DNA from: Hyphochytrium catenoides
Lineage: Eukaryota > Protista > Hyphochytriomycota
Assembly: GCA_900088475.1 (NCBI GenBank)
Contig: FLMG01001651.1
Span: forward strand, 1-64,000
Direction of reading: 5' to 3'
Length of the DNA: 64,000 nt
Part shown: piece after piece, positions 21,645-32,629 of the stretch
How the letters are laid out: every line of letters begins with the position of its first letter
Numbering within the stretch: the stretch's first letter is position 1
Translations under genes and position numbers: made by a program
The notes under the pieces: model-generated
What the model was told of the DNA's origin: nothing
Databases searched by the model: none
What the model saw: only the letters and a program-made list of their open reading frames with translations

Positions 21645-23957
21645 TTACGGCGTTGCAATGGTGCCTTCGCCAGCTCTAACATCAACGACTTTCATGTTTG
21701 AGTGTTCTCCGTCTCGTAAATCCTTCTGTCTAATTCTTGCAGCGTTTGGAAGCAACGGCTTGATCTGGGCCACCAAATTCCTTCTTGTGGGTCGACTCAC
21801 GACCCACGACCCGTGAGCCGCTTGCTGATGAGAAGGGACTACCATCTCTCCCCGCGAGAGTGGATGATGACGCTGATGATCGGTGACAACAACATTGCCC
21901 TCACTCTCTGAGATAGCCTTCTTTGCCTTACTTTTGATGTTGACTCGGCAGGAGGCAGCTTCAGATAATTTGACATCGCTCCATTGTCCACCTCCCTTCT
22001 TTCGCTCTTTCTCTACCACGTCTTCCTTCAGGCGTCGGATGATTTGCACCGCTTCTTCTTCTTGAGGGAGGTTTTTATCCTCTCCGTATGCGCTACTCGA
22101 GAGCTTCTGATGAGTCTGACAAGTTAAAGGAGTCCTCATGCCTTCCTGGTCAGCCCCGCCAAAGGTCCCATTGTCTGATATACAATCGTCTACTGTTAGT
22201 ACCATTGAAGGCGCGGTAGTCATCCAATTTGTGGCGAGCAGCTTCGACTAAGTCAGTCGTCATCACGTAACCAAGCCAACTTGCTTTAGGCAATGGAACT
22301 TTAGGTATTCTCACCACGCCATTCACTTACCACGTAAGAGGAAGAGAATGAGAACGATATGACTGCAGCAGAGCCAGGCCTCGAGAGCGTCCTCTGTGTC
22401 AACATTTGTCAGCTGAGAAGATGTTGAAGAGAGAACGAAAGGAGAGCTGCCGAAAAATATAAATAGTGTTTGACGGAGCATCCACCTAACCTTCATAGAC
22501 CACGTAAACAACATTCATATACCAGCTTACCGTTTGCACGATGTTCGAATTCTTTGGCTCTGAGACGCCTTACTTCCTGAATTAACGCAGCCCTAACACA
22601 GGAAATGACCGGCGATCATGGAGGTGGTGGACAATAAGAGAGATAGGTTTAAGGCATGTCAATGATAGCAAAAAGGAAGAAGCAGGACTCCTTACGTGGC
22701 TTGAGCATGCAGAGTCTCAAGCTGGAAGTTGGGAAGCTGGCGGACAGCCTCTTCATAGCGCTGAGCTCCAATTAGGCGCTTGAAGCGAGGAGACGAATTG
22801 ACAGGTGAGAGACGGGTTACCATAATACGATAGTGAAGGACGCAATGCATGATCAAAGTTAGTCAGGTTACCTCCACGTAGGACTTCCGCAATTCGTCCA
22901 TAGTGACAAGTGAGGCTGTGGGATGATTCATGGAGTCATACTTAGTACTCGACCCACATCAAGGTCCAAATCTTAAGCGTAGGTGGTCATGTCGGAACCC
23001 GTTTACCTTCACGTAAAGCTGCGCGATCGTGAAGGTCACAGGCCGCGTCTACCGGCGTCGTTGCCGACGTCGACAATGAGGTTGCTTTCCCTTTCCTATT
23101 GCTGGTTAACGCGGCGTCGTACCAGCCTTTTAGAATAGTGCTAGCAGCGCTGCTGTGGTCGCTGTCACACTTCAATGAAGAAGATAAGCTTATTATGATC
23201 CTTTTAATACTTCTTCCTGACTCCAGAAGGAGGCTGACGGGATTCTTTGTCATCTCTGGAGCCTGGTCAGCGGGATAGTCAAGAAGCGAATGGATAAAGG
23301 TAGATCTTCAGTCAGGGTGTGTGTATAGAGTCATGTTCTTTAGGACCAAAACATTGACCGTACCGCTTCCTGATTCATCTGGTGGGGGTAGCCCAGCCAT
23401 GCTGGCATGAGTGTATCACGAATTTTCAAGCTGGTCATAACCATTGCCAGTTCCCGAACGCGAAACTCGCCACCGCTAACAAAGTCTTTTCCCAAGCTAT
23501 TGTCAATAAAGCAAACGACAGGCAGACCGCTGGTTGATTCAATTGGAGAAAAGAAGATTACTTTTGAAGCCTCCAAGCGCCAGTGGGCATGTGGCGAGAT
23601 GTATTTGATGAACCCTGAGGAAACATCGATTGTCCCGTTATGGGCGGTCTCCAATAATGGTACTAGAAGATAGCACAGTCATCGAGGGCTAGCGCGGCCG
23701 TAGGTGAGCAACTGGAGCAGGGCCACCGTACCTTTATGATTACGCAGCACGACGCTTAACAGGATGACCGTTGTCCACACTTTGACTGCCTTCCCCAGTC
23801 GGTTTAGCCTATCTGGCTCCCTTCACCACTCACTATAAGGGTTGTGTTGTTATTTACTCACTTCTTTTCTGTTCATAGAGGTCTTAGCCGGCAGACGAAT
23901 CTGTAGCTGGGCATCACAACCAAAATGATAGGAGAGGCACATTTTGGGAGACAACAT
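21645..23957 (-). CDS. Multi-exon gene of unknown function
   Basis: A series of canonical GT-AG introns joins open exons (MLSPKMCLS...; ...DELRKSYVE|RLIGAQRYEEAVRQ...|AALIQEVRRLRAKEF...). The 3' exon phases are uncertain and no domain was recognised. Confidence 0.55.
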
Positions 23958-24409
23958 GGTGGTACGTATAGGAGTACGCAGTTCCCAACCCTAGTCATTG
24001 CCCGCTGATGCATAGTAGGTACCACCGCAAAAAGAGGCAATAGCTCAATCACCTACTACAGTCAACAGCCATAGAGAAGATGTTGCAAGGATGAGAAGGA
24101 ACGGAACTGCTCCGATGTCGTCTTTGTTAATCGTGGTAGCATTAGTATTGAAAGGGGTGTGGTGCATAAGGAAGTAACTCGCCAGCTACTTCTAGCACAG
24201 CCAGTGTTCCGTCGTAGCTCCGTCCGCTGCTTTAAAGCGGCAGTTACCAGTTAACGACTTTCGTTCCTTTCACAGCACAAAGGCAGGTCTTTGTTCGTTG
24301 AGAAAAGACACTCCGAGACAAGCCGCGTGGGTGGTGGTGGGGTTTATCATGACTGTTACGTCCTCCTGGTAATGACGACTGCAATCTTCTTCTGCTCCTG
24401 CCTGCTACT

Positions 24410-24770
24410 ATGTCGGAAGGACTTGACAATAGTGACCAACCGCAGAGCTGCTGCTGCTTTTCTATGATTCCCACTGCCTTGATGGCGTCCCGACCAACTT
24501 TCCCTTTTCCTCCTTCACCACGTTCTTCTCGTAAACCACAAATACTGCTTTTGTTGATCAGCGTCTTCTTCATTTTACATTGTTCACTCAATCAACGTGA
24601 GAGATGGATGCTTCAGAGCATAAGCGTTTGTTGACTACTAGCAACAGTAGATAACTGCTGCTCTTCTTGGTAGAAAAGTCAGTGGATAGTAGCTACCAGC
24701 AGGACCAAGAAGGCGAGGATTCACATTATTAGCAAGCTCTACTATTAGAAAGCATCATTGCCTTATTTGC
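24410..24770 (+). pseudogene. Possible decayed copy of the local multi-TM family
   Basis: ISVFFILHCSLNQRERWMLQSISVC*LLA versus SLCTIAVILVHEPKQRVLRSMLVVHILA. Confidence 0.35.
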
Positions 24771-26299
24771 AGCAGATTGTTGTTGTCACAATAGTAGAGA
24801 CGAGAGTGAGTGAGGAAAGTCGCAGGGAAAAACGAGTGGTCATGTTCCCTCCTTTTAATCTCGGTCGAACGTCTATAGGACGCGCTGCTCATGATGCTAT
24901 TGCATGAAGATAGTAGACGAGGAGCTCTTACGTTGCTTCCCCATTGTTGCCCGTCGTTTCCTCTCATCAAGGATAGTAGAAACACCATCATGATGATGAG
25001 TGTTAATTTACACTCTAATCTACTATCAGCAGCTCTGCTCAGAAAGAAGATAGACAACGCAGCAGAAGAGGGCAGCAGTAAGCCAGAAAAAAGAAGAGTC
25101 CTTACATCCTATCCTAATCAGTCCTGTATTATGAAGGTGGCACAATCATCATCATCCATCAGACGACAGCGGAGCAACAGAGTCCGTTGATTGGTCAGCC
25201 TGTGCCCCTTCTTTTGCTGCCATCACTGCTCATCATCATCATCGCTATCTTTGGGCTCAACAATCAGGTCTCTTCGACGGAGGGTGTCAACTCAGGAGTA
25301 GAACTACTAACAAGACCAACAATTATATCTTTTTGCCCTCGTTGCCTTGCCCAACACTGACGTTGTGTCCACACAAAAAAGTTGACGATCCGAAGAAAGA
25401 GCAGCAGCACAAGAACGAACCACAAAGGTTCCTTCTTCTCAAAAATCGCCCTCCCTCCTCTTCTTCGTGCTGACTCCTTTTTCTCCCCGTCTACACGTAC
25501 TGATAAGAAACGTTGAGCAGCCTGCGCCGCTGCGTCGAGAGCTACTCACTGGATCTTTTGTTCAGCGGTCGGTCATTGATGTCCTGATGAGGGCATGCCA
25601 TCAAGAAGCTTTGGCCAGGTAGTACGAAGTCTTCTTTGCACAGACACCTACATTTTGAGATAGAAAGGACAAAACAGTTCCTTGAAGATTCAGTGCAGTG
25701 TGAACTTGACACACGATATGCTCCGTCTTACTATTATCTATGCCTTATATTGCGACCCACCAAACGTGTGTCATTGGGAAACGCTTGGCACTCTTGTCCC
25801 CTCAAGATTTGGTCACGATCAGTGACGAACCACCACAACAGACGGAGGACCAGCAGCCATCAATAGAAAAAGACAGGCTTTGTAAGCTGCTTCAGATAGT
25901 TCCAAGATCTTCTTCTTTCGGCCTCCGCCCATAATGTAATGACAGCTTGGCCGACAACACTTGGTTGACGCTTCAGTTTGGGAGGAGGACGTCCGATCTA
26001 GATTGCAATCTGAGACCACCGAAGAGCCAAAGAAGGTTTTTCTGGAAAGGCAGCAGGAGGAGGAGGAGGAGGGAAAGTGCAGTATTATTGACGAAGCGAA
26101 GAAGCCCCTTCCTACTACTATTAGTTCTAAAATAGATGCTTCTTCGACAATGGCTGGTTCTATCTGTCGGACGTGAGAATGGCAGGGGAAGACATCCGCA
26201 GCTCACGGGCTGACTATGTTAGCGAGAGCTCTATATTGATAAACAATACGGAGTACAATCATTGCTATCTGTTGATAAACAGTCTTCCCTTTATTGTCA

Positions 26300-26680
26300 C
26301 CATTTGTTAGCTCTGCCACAACCTTCGTGGATAGTCGTGACTTTTCTCCTCCTTTCGACAACACTTCCTTTGGCCCTCGACATAAAGAAGAGTGGAGACA
26401 AGAGTATGAGTTGCTTCCAGCGGATCCGTCATGGCATCAACAAAGGCCATGGCGGGTCCTATTGCCCTAAAGCTATAATCCTTACTCGTACAAACGGAGG
26501 GAAGTCCGCTCTTTGACTTCTTGGAGCCTCGCAAAGTGCCAGAACTATATTGTCTTGCAGCACCAGCTGTCGAGCAGGATAGTTCAAGAACAAAAGTACT
26601 AGAAGAAAACAACCTTATTCTTCTTGGTCTTTGGGGCCACCTTAGGGTCTCCTCTTGGCAGCTTGGCAGCCGTAGCGCCT
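26300..26680 (+). pseudogene. Decayed copy of the local multi-TM family
   Basis: LLSTTLPLALDI versus LLSSTLHLSLEV of ORF 6283. A later segment, KVLEENNLILLGLWGHL, resembles EVLVGLIFGLASAL. Confidence 0.45.
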
Positions 26681-26764
26681 CTCTCCGACCTAGTACACAC
26701 TCTTCAAGCTTCCTGGGCTTAGGCAAGTGTTAAGCGTCGGGTGGTTGATACCTCAGAAACAAGA

Positions 26765-27997
26765 ATGGCAGGAAGACGAATGGAAGAGCTCCACCAGCAT
26801 GAGCGCTCCTCTCCGTCGTGTAACTTCCCTTACGTGCTGCCTGATTGCAAGCTAACCTATGCAGAGTATGCTGCCGGGTCAGCCTACACTGATGATGCTT
26901 GGAGCCTCTGCCTTTTATCATTAGGCATAGTTGCGACCGCCATCAACATACTGCAGATTTGCAGGATCTGGGGCTTCTGCTGCTTGAGGCCGAACCAGCA
27001 AAGTGGGCCCCTTCTTCCCATTCAGAGAGTCTTATACCCATCTTTGCTTCTTGCGTCTTTGGTCTTTACTTTGAAGGCGATAGATCTAGAGGGTGAGAGA
27101 GGAATACTACCCTATTCGGTTGTTCAAGCAGCTGACGGGTTACTGAATGTCACTCTCTATGGCCTCTACTTCTTCATACTCATCTTGCTACGGTCAATTG
27201 TCACACACTTCGGTGGTGACTCTGAAGTACACGTGCCGCCATTGCTATGGAGAAGATGGGTACTCTTCATGTTGCCAGTTGTCGGGATTGAGAGCACATC
27301 TACGGTCCTGGCTTGTCTCTATGCCCGCTCTCACCAGTCGTTGTGGTGGGGCTTTGACTGCGTCCTCCTATCCCTGATCCTCTTCCTTTCTATTGCCTAT
27401 GGATGCAGAGTTCTTTCCCGAGTGTCTAGGCGACTGAGAGATTCGTGGCTCTCAATGACCAACGTGCTCGAGGTTGCTGGCGTTCCCGCGCCTATGACGC
27501 AGCCAGGAGATATTGCGGTGCCACGGTGGTGGGGACGGCCATGCAGAGCGTGGAAAGACCGACCCCGATATGAGAGGATGGGCTTTATTCTACTTGGCAC
27601 TGCTTTGTTGGCCGCTCTTTTCGAGCTTTTTATTGGAATCACAACCATGGTATCCCGCAATGCTAGCGACTGGCTAGAGTACAGCATCTGCATGCAGGCA
27701 GGTGGAGGGCCCTCAATATGCAAACCCTCGGGAATAACCGAGCACTTCCGAAACCTTTTGGTGCCTGTCCTACTACTCCTCTTTACCTTCTGCTTCTGGA
27801 GGATTAAAAGGCAGATGCCGCCTGCAGAGGTAACGGCCGCTTGCAGAGTGGCTAACGCCCCTCTATCTGCTTTCGGAAAGGCCCCAACCCGTGGGTTCTC
27901 CCTGGATTCAACTAGCGACTACTCTCAAGGCTTTACTCCTAAGACGGAAAAACTTAGTGAGATGGATGTGATTGTCAACGATCTCATGCCAGCGTAG
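26765..27997 (+). CDS. Intronless seven-transmembrane (GPCR-like) protein
   Basis: About 410-aa ORF with about 7 hydrophobic helices, an N-terminal Cys pair, a long basic loop after TM5, a Cys pair in the last outer loop and a Ser/Thr-rich tail. Confidence 0.7.
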   Translation: MAGRRMEELHQHERSSPSCNFPYVLPDCKLTYAEYAAGSAYTDDAWSLCLLSLGIVATAINILQICRIWGFCCLRPNQQSGPLLPIQRVLYPSLLLASLVFTLKAIDLEGERGILPYSVVQAADGLLNVTLYGLYFFILILLRSIVTHFGGDSEVHVPPLLWRRWVLFMLPVVGIESTSTVLACLYARSHQSLWWGFDCVLLSLILFLSIAYGCRVLSRVSRRLRDSWLSMTNVLEVAGVPAPMTQPGDIAVPRWWGRPCRAWKDRPRYERMGFILLGTALLAALFELFIGITTMVSRNASDWLEYSICMQAGGGPSICKPSGITEHFRNLLVPVLLLLFTFCFWRIKRQMPPAEVTAACRVANAPLSAFGKAPTRGFSLDSTSDYSQGFTPKTEKLSEMDVIVNDLMPA

Positions 27998-28067
27998 CAG
28001 TCATCACCGTTGTGAAAGGCCCAAAGATTCTTCCTACACCTGCAGCCAGAAGTATGTCGGGGAAGCG

Positions 28068-28634
28068 CTATAGATCTCTCTCTCTTTTTTCGCCTGTCTC
28101 TCTCAACTTCGCTAACCGCTCGTTGTTTCTCTTCTTCAGTATGCGAAGAGTATTCTCTTTCTCTATCTTGTGCAGCGTCTTCCAATTCGTTATCCTCCGT
28201 AGTGTACCATCCGGATTGACTAATAAACAGATATGGGTTCAGTACGTAGTTCACGCTTTCGGCGATGTATGGCTGCGTTTCGCTTAGCTTACCTACAAGG
28301 GGTCCCAACTCATCCTCCGTCGAGTATGACTCTCCTAACTTGATTTTGATGGCATCTTGATCCTTCTCACTGGGCAAGGGGAGCTGTGGAAGATGCTCCG
28401 GCGATTCGGTCTCTAAGGCCTGCTCTTCACTTAGCTCCACTCCATCAACTTTGTCTGAGATATGATAATAAGGAGAGTGAGCAGCAGACAGCCAAGATAG
28501 TGCTCCAGCCAAACTCTACCTCTTCTGATCGGAGTCGCTGATGTCTGGGTCTGGCTACTACTGCTGAGGAGGAGAAGGACCAGCATCAAGACGATGCACG
28601 AAAGAAAGACCCCTGGCACAGTCCTGGAATGCAT
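28068..28634 (-). CDS. Small conserved protein (ELGPLVVNPDGTLRRITNW family) with a signal peptide and C-terminal ERDL, 3 exons
   Basis: Spliced translation MHSRTVPGVFLSCIVLMLVLLLL...DELGPLVVNPDGTLRRITNWKTLHKIEKENTLRILKKRNNERLAKLRETGEKRERDL*. I recognise the LGPxVVNxDGTxxRIxNW motif from uncharacterised fungal and algal proteins. Confidence 0.85.
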
Positions 28635-29427
28635 CCTTTTGTCCTTCCTTGCCCTACCGTCTCTTGGAGCAATGAGAATGCTTTATGCTCAGGCTTCAGG
28701 AGGTCAGACTTCCGCCTTTGCTTCAGATCAGAACGGCTGTTCAAAGATTGTTGGTGATGGTCATCTCTCTTTTACTCTGTCTCAATTCTGTCCCTCTGTC
28801 TTCCTCTATCTTAAATATTTAGGATTGCTCTCGTCTCTCTCTTGTCCCATTCGTCTGTCTCTCCTTCTCTGTTTTCTCCCATTTCATCTCGCTTCTACTC
28901 AATGATCTATTAATACTCGTTCTTCCGGCGTATTAAGATAGTTATTCTCCTGATAGTGGGGCATATTACTATGATTCGTCTTGGAAGCATCACAGAAAGC
29001 TGCAGCATCATCGCCTGCGCTCACTCCACATCCGAACCGTCAGAACCTGGCTCTGTCGTCTTCTTGCTTGGACCATCTGCAGGATGATCTCCCACACTTC
29101 TCGTTGAGGAGAGGGAGAAAGAGCGAGAGAGAGAGCAAAAGAGAGAGAATGAGAAAGAGAGAGAGACCATTCGCAGGACAGTGAGGATGAGAGAGAGCGA
29201 GATGAGGATGGAGGAACACCAAACTTCGGGTTGGGCAAGGCAGCAGAAGAGGAAGGAGGCATCATTGTGAGTGTCTCTTTCAGACTCTCACACCTAAACT
29301 ATAGCTGGGGGCGGACGGAGCAGCAGGCGCATATCATGGGGAGCTGTGTATGGAGCTACAATCCTACTCTCAACCGGGTTGGCTCGTCTTAGACTAGCTC
29401 AGGACACTGCCTTATGTGTCCTTGGTT

Positions 29428-32406
29428 ATGAACGCTATAATGGTGTTGTGGGAGCTATTAGGCCGTGCTACAGATGCTTCGTTGGGCGTTGCTGAGGCAG
29501 CGGGTGACACTAGAATGACGAGGTTTGAGGACGAGGTTATAGCTGTTATTGCTCTACTAGCTATTGTCTGCGTCCCACCATGTCTAGGTGTTAACCTTGT
29601 CTTCAACACGTTATGGCTGGTTTACTTGATGGCGATGCTGATGGTGGGCTCGGGGGCAGGCCTCGGGATAGCGGCATCAATGGGTATTACAATGTCGGTA
29701 AGTGGGCTCACATTTGACTCTCTTTTCTACTACGAGACCCTTCCATTGGCTCAACACGTCTCAACTGGGTCCGCCTTTCAGATATGTTGGTATACTCTCC
29801 AACTCCTAGATCGTGGGGTGTGGCCAGCCTTGCTTAAGGGCTGGCTAGGCGTGTGGGCAAGCTCAAGGAAGTTTGCAAGTCTTGGTCGAGCCGTGGACAT
29901 TCTCATCCACCTTATTCTGCCTCTTACTCTAGCTACCCTAGCTGCTCACAGAATTCAGATCTGGATGGGAGTACCCATTTTAATGTACGAGCCTAAAAAC
30001 TCGCTGTTATCATGCTCGCTGTGCTAGCTAATGCTCTCACTCGACAGAGCTACACAGTGCTGGCAACTACTGGCTTGTGGATGGAGGAAACCTGCGGACA
30101 AGATGTTTCGATTCCAGCCGCCAAGGTGGGCCTGCGAGCCTGCGAAGCTCTGTCACATTTACTAGAGCTTGCGCGCACCTCTCCCATTGACTTATCTCAT
30201 GTCTTTCCCTTTCGTGTTGCTGTATACACTAGCTCTCCGATTTCTTTCCCTGCCTTCTGATCTTAACCTACTACGCATTTTGGCTCTCCTCACATACAGA
30301 TCTCAGGAGTTCTGGGAGGCCGCCTTTAAGATTGAGTTTGCCTTGGATCTGCTAGTGCCAGTGATGGTAATTATGGCTCAACAGGTAGAAATTGCACATA
30401 TACTCTGTTGCTTAAGTCTAGCCTGCACTTCCCTCTCACGGGCCTGCTTAGCGTAGCAGGAGCGTCATCCTTGGCACGTATGTTGTGGCTATGATAGTGC
30501 TGGCAGTCGTCATCTGTCGTTCACTCGTCCACCCCTTACTGCGATCAAAAGCGAAAGAGATTCTTCTACGTCTTCTTTCGCGAGGTGGTATTAGAGTGGA
30601 TCAGGTACGACTTCATTGCGCCTTACAGTTACGTGAATTGATTCCTCTCGCCTGCCAACTGCAGGATATACTAGTCCATGACGATGCCTTCTGGTTAGAA
30701 TGGTTGACCTCTGGAATGTTAGCTATAGGAGAGTCCTACATGGTTGGTGGTGGTCCTTTCGTCTGCGGGCCTACATCTTAATTCCTAAGCGTCCAGTGTT
30801 AGGCTTTGCAATGGGAAGAGGGCCATATGCCTCTGCATATCCTGCTGTCACGGCTGATGAGTCTACCCAGCGCTGCACGGCGAGAGGTGCTTCCTAATAA
30901 TCAACTGCTAGAACAGCCTGCCTAATGGACTGATTAAGGGGCCGTTCGTAGGTATTCAGCTCCTGGACTGCTCGGCTGGTAGCTTTGGTTGCAAGGATAT
31001 TCTCCTATCCATCCTCCTCTGAGAGACATTTGGTGAACATGGCAAGTAGGCGTCTCTGTTTTGTCGACTATTTGTGCCGAAGCCGCTATTGCTGACTGTC
31101 TGAGAGGATACAAGAGCTGACCATGCTGACTATCCCCACCCTTCTTTCAGATCCAGTCCCAGTACGAGATTACTGAAGACTTTTATCAACCTTGGCTGGA
31201 CTCAAGCCTTAGATTTACTCCGGGGGCTTGGGATGATCAACCGTCAGAAGATCTTGAGGTTCGGGGCTCATCACGATGAGAAGACTGGCTTGTTGATAGT
31301 TTGGTCACCCCTTCTCATCAGATAGCGCAAGATAGAGAAGTTACAAGGCTAAAAGGGCTTCTTCAGCTCGAGGTAGGCTCTACAGTGCTATGTAGGCGAA
31401 TAGATTCCACCGATAAAGCTTCCTTGATCTGTCTGCAGGAAGGACTGAACTTACTTGTATGGACTCCGAGCCCTTGTGCAGGACTAGCGGCACGACTAGC
31501 GGATGGAGAAAATGTGAATGTCACTGCCTTACTGCCTCCATCAGATATGCTAGGTGTTACGCAGCTCCCAAACAACCTGACACTGCTGCGAAGCACCTTA
31601 CTTGATGTGAGAACTTTGAGCAGGGCATGGGCCTCTCTGCACCGACACTTCCTTCTTTGCTCTGAAACTTGCTGAGACTCGAGATTTTTTTGCCCCTGCC
31701 GAAGTGGGTGACCCTCTAGTCGTGTTACATGTTTGGGACCCTTCTAGCTTCTAACCCTTTTGTTGCAGATCAATCGCCACTGCCAACGGGCTCACTTTGA
31801 TCGAGTGCTCATTATAAATGGCCTTGAGACGCTAGGCATGCACAGCATCGGCGCCCTATCAAAGAGTCTGAAATACGTGTGCAAACCTTATGCCAGAATT
31901 TGTCTCTATGTGACTTGTTCCCCTCAGCCGATACACATGCCCGAGCAGAAATGGTTAACCAAGTATGTAACTCTTCCATTCCCATTCTAGTCAGCAAGTA
32001 ACCTGAGAAGGTTCGCGATGGATAGAAGTGGATCTATGCTTGCGCCTCTGACCAATTACTCGACTTCTTTCCAGACACATAACAAGTAACAAGAAGCATT
32101 TCGTCCCATCCTTTAACCACGTGTGGCGGTACTTAGGGCAAGAGTTTGTGATTGAGGTATGCAATAGCTACTACATGAACATGCTTTAGGAGACTAACTA
32201 ATGTGCAGAGCTCTGAGAATCGAACAAGGGATGCCTTTTTAACGTACGAAGCCTGGATAGGGAGATTTCAGCGGAGCAGTACGGATGGGGTTGTTCATGT
32301 ACCCCCTTTTCTTCGTCGCACATGGCACTTTCTACTCAGCTATTATGCCGCATCGTACAACGTTCATAGTCTTCAGTACCAAGAGTTTGTTGTCACCAAC
32401 GCCTAA
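29428..32406 (+). CDS. Cyclopropane-fatty-acyl-phospholipid synthase-like protein with an N-terminal multi-TM domain (start uncertain)
   Basis: DILVHDDAFW...MLAIGESYM, QYEITEDFYQPWLD, AQDRE, FDRVLIINGLETLG, KWLTK, RRTWHFLLSYYAASY follow CFA-synthase motif order. The frame traces intact across about 11 exons. Confidence 0.85.
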
Positions 32407-32629
32407 CCAATTGAAGGCCAGGGAACAAGATCGAAGAGGGAAAAGAGTCTGGCGCTAAGCCCAACTTTACGGTGACGCCTGTTACCATCATCTTTAGCCC
32501 TATGGACCCCAATATGTCTAGCCCTATGGCCTTTGAACCCCGCTATTGAGGTTACACCGTGATATTTATTTGCTAAATAGGCATTCCCCTTGCTTGAGAG
32601 CTTCTGCGACAACCTCATAAGTTTAGTTG

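Noticed and set aside
27925-28512. 195-aa ORF overlapping the 7TM gene antisense
   Set aside because: It reads through introns. The spliced gene switches frame and stops at 28068, so the coding regions do not overlap.
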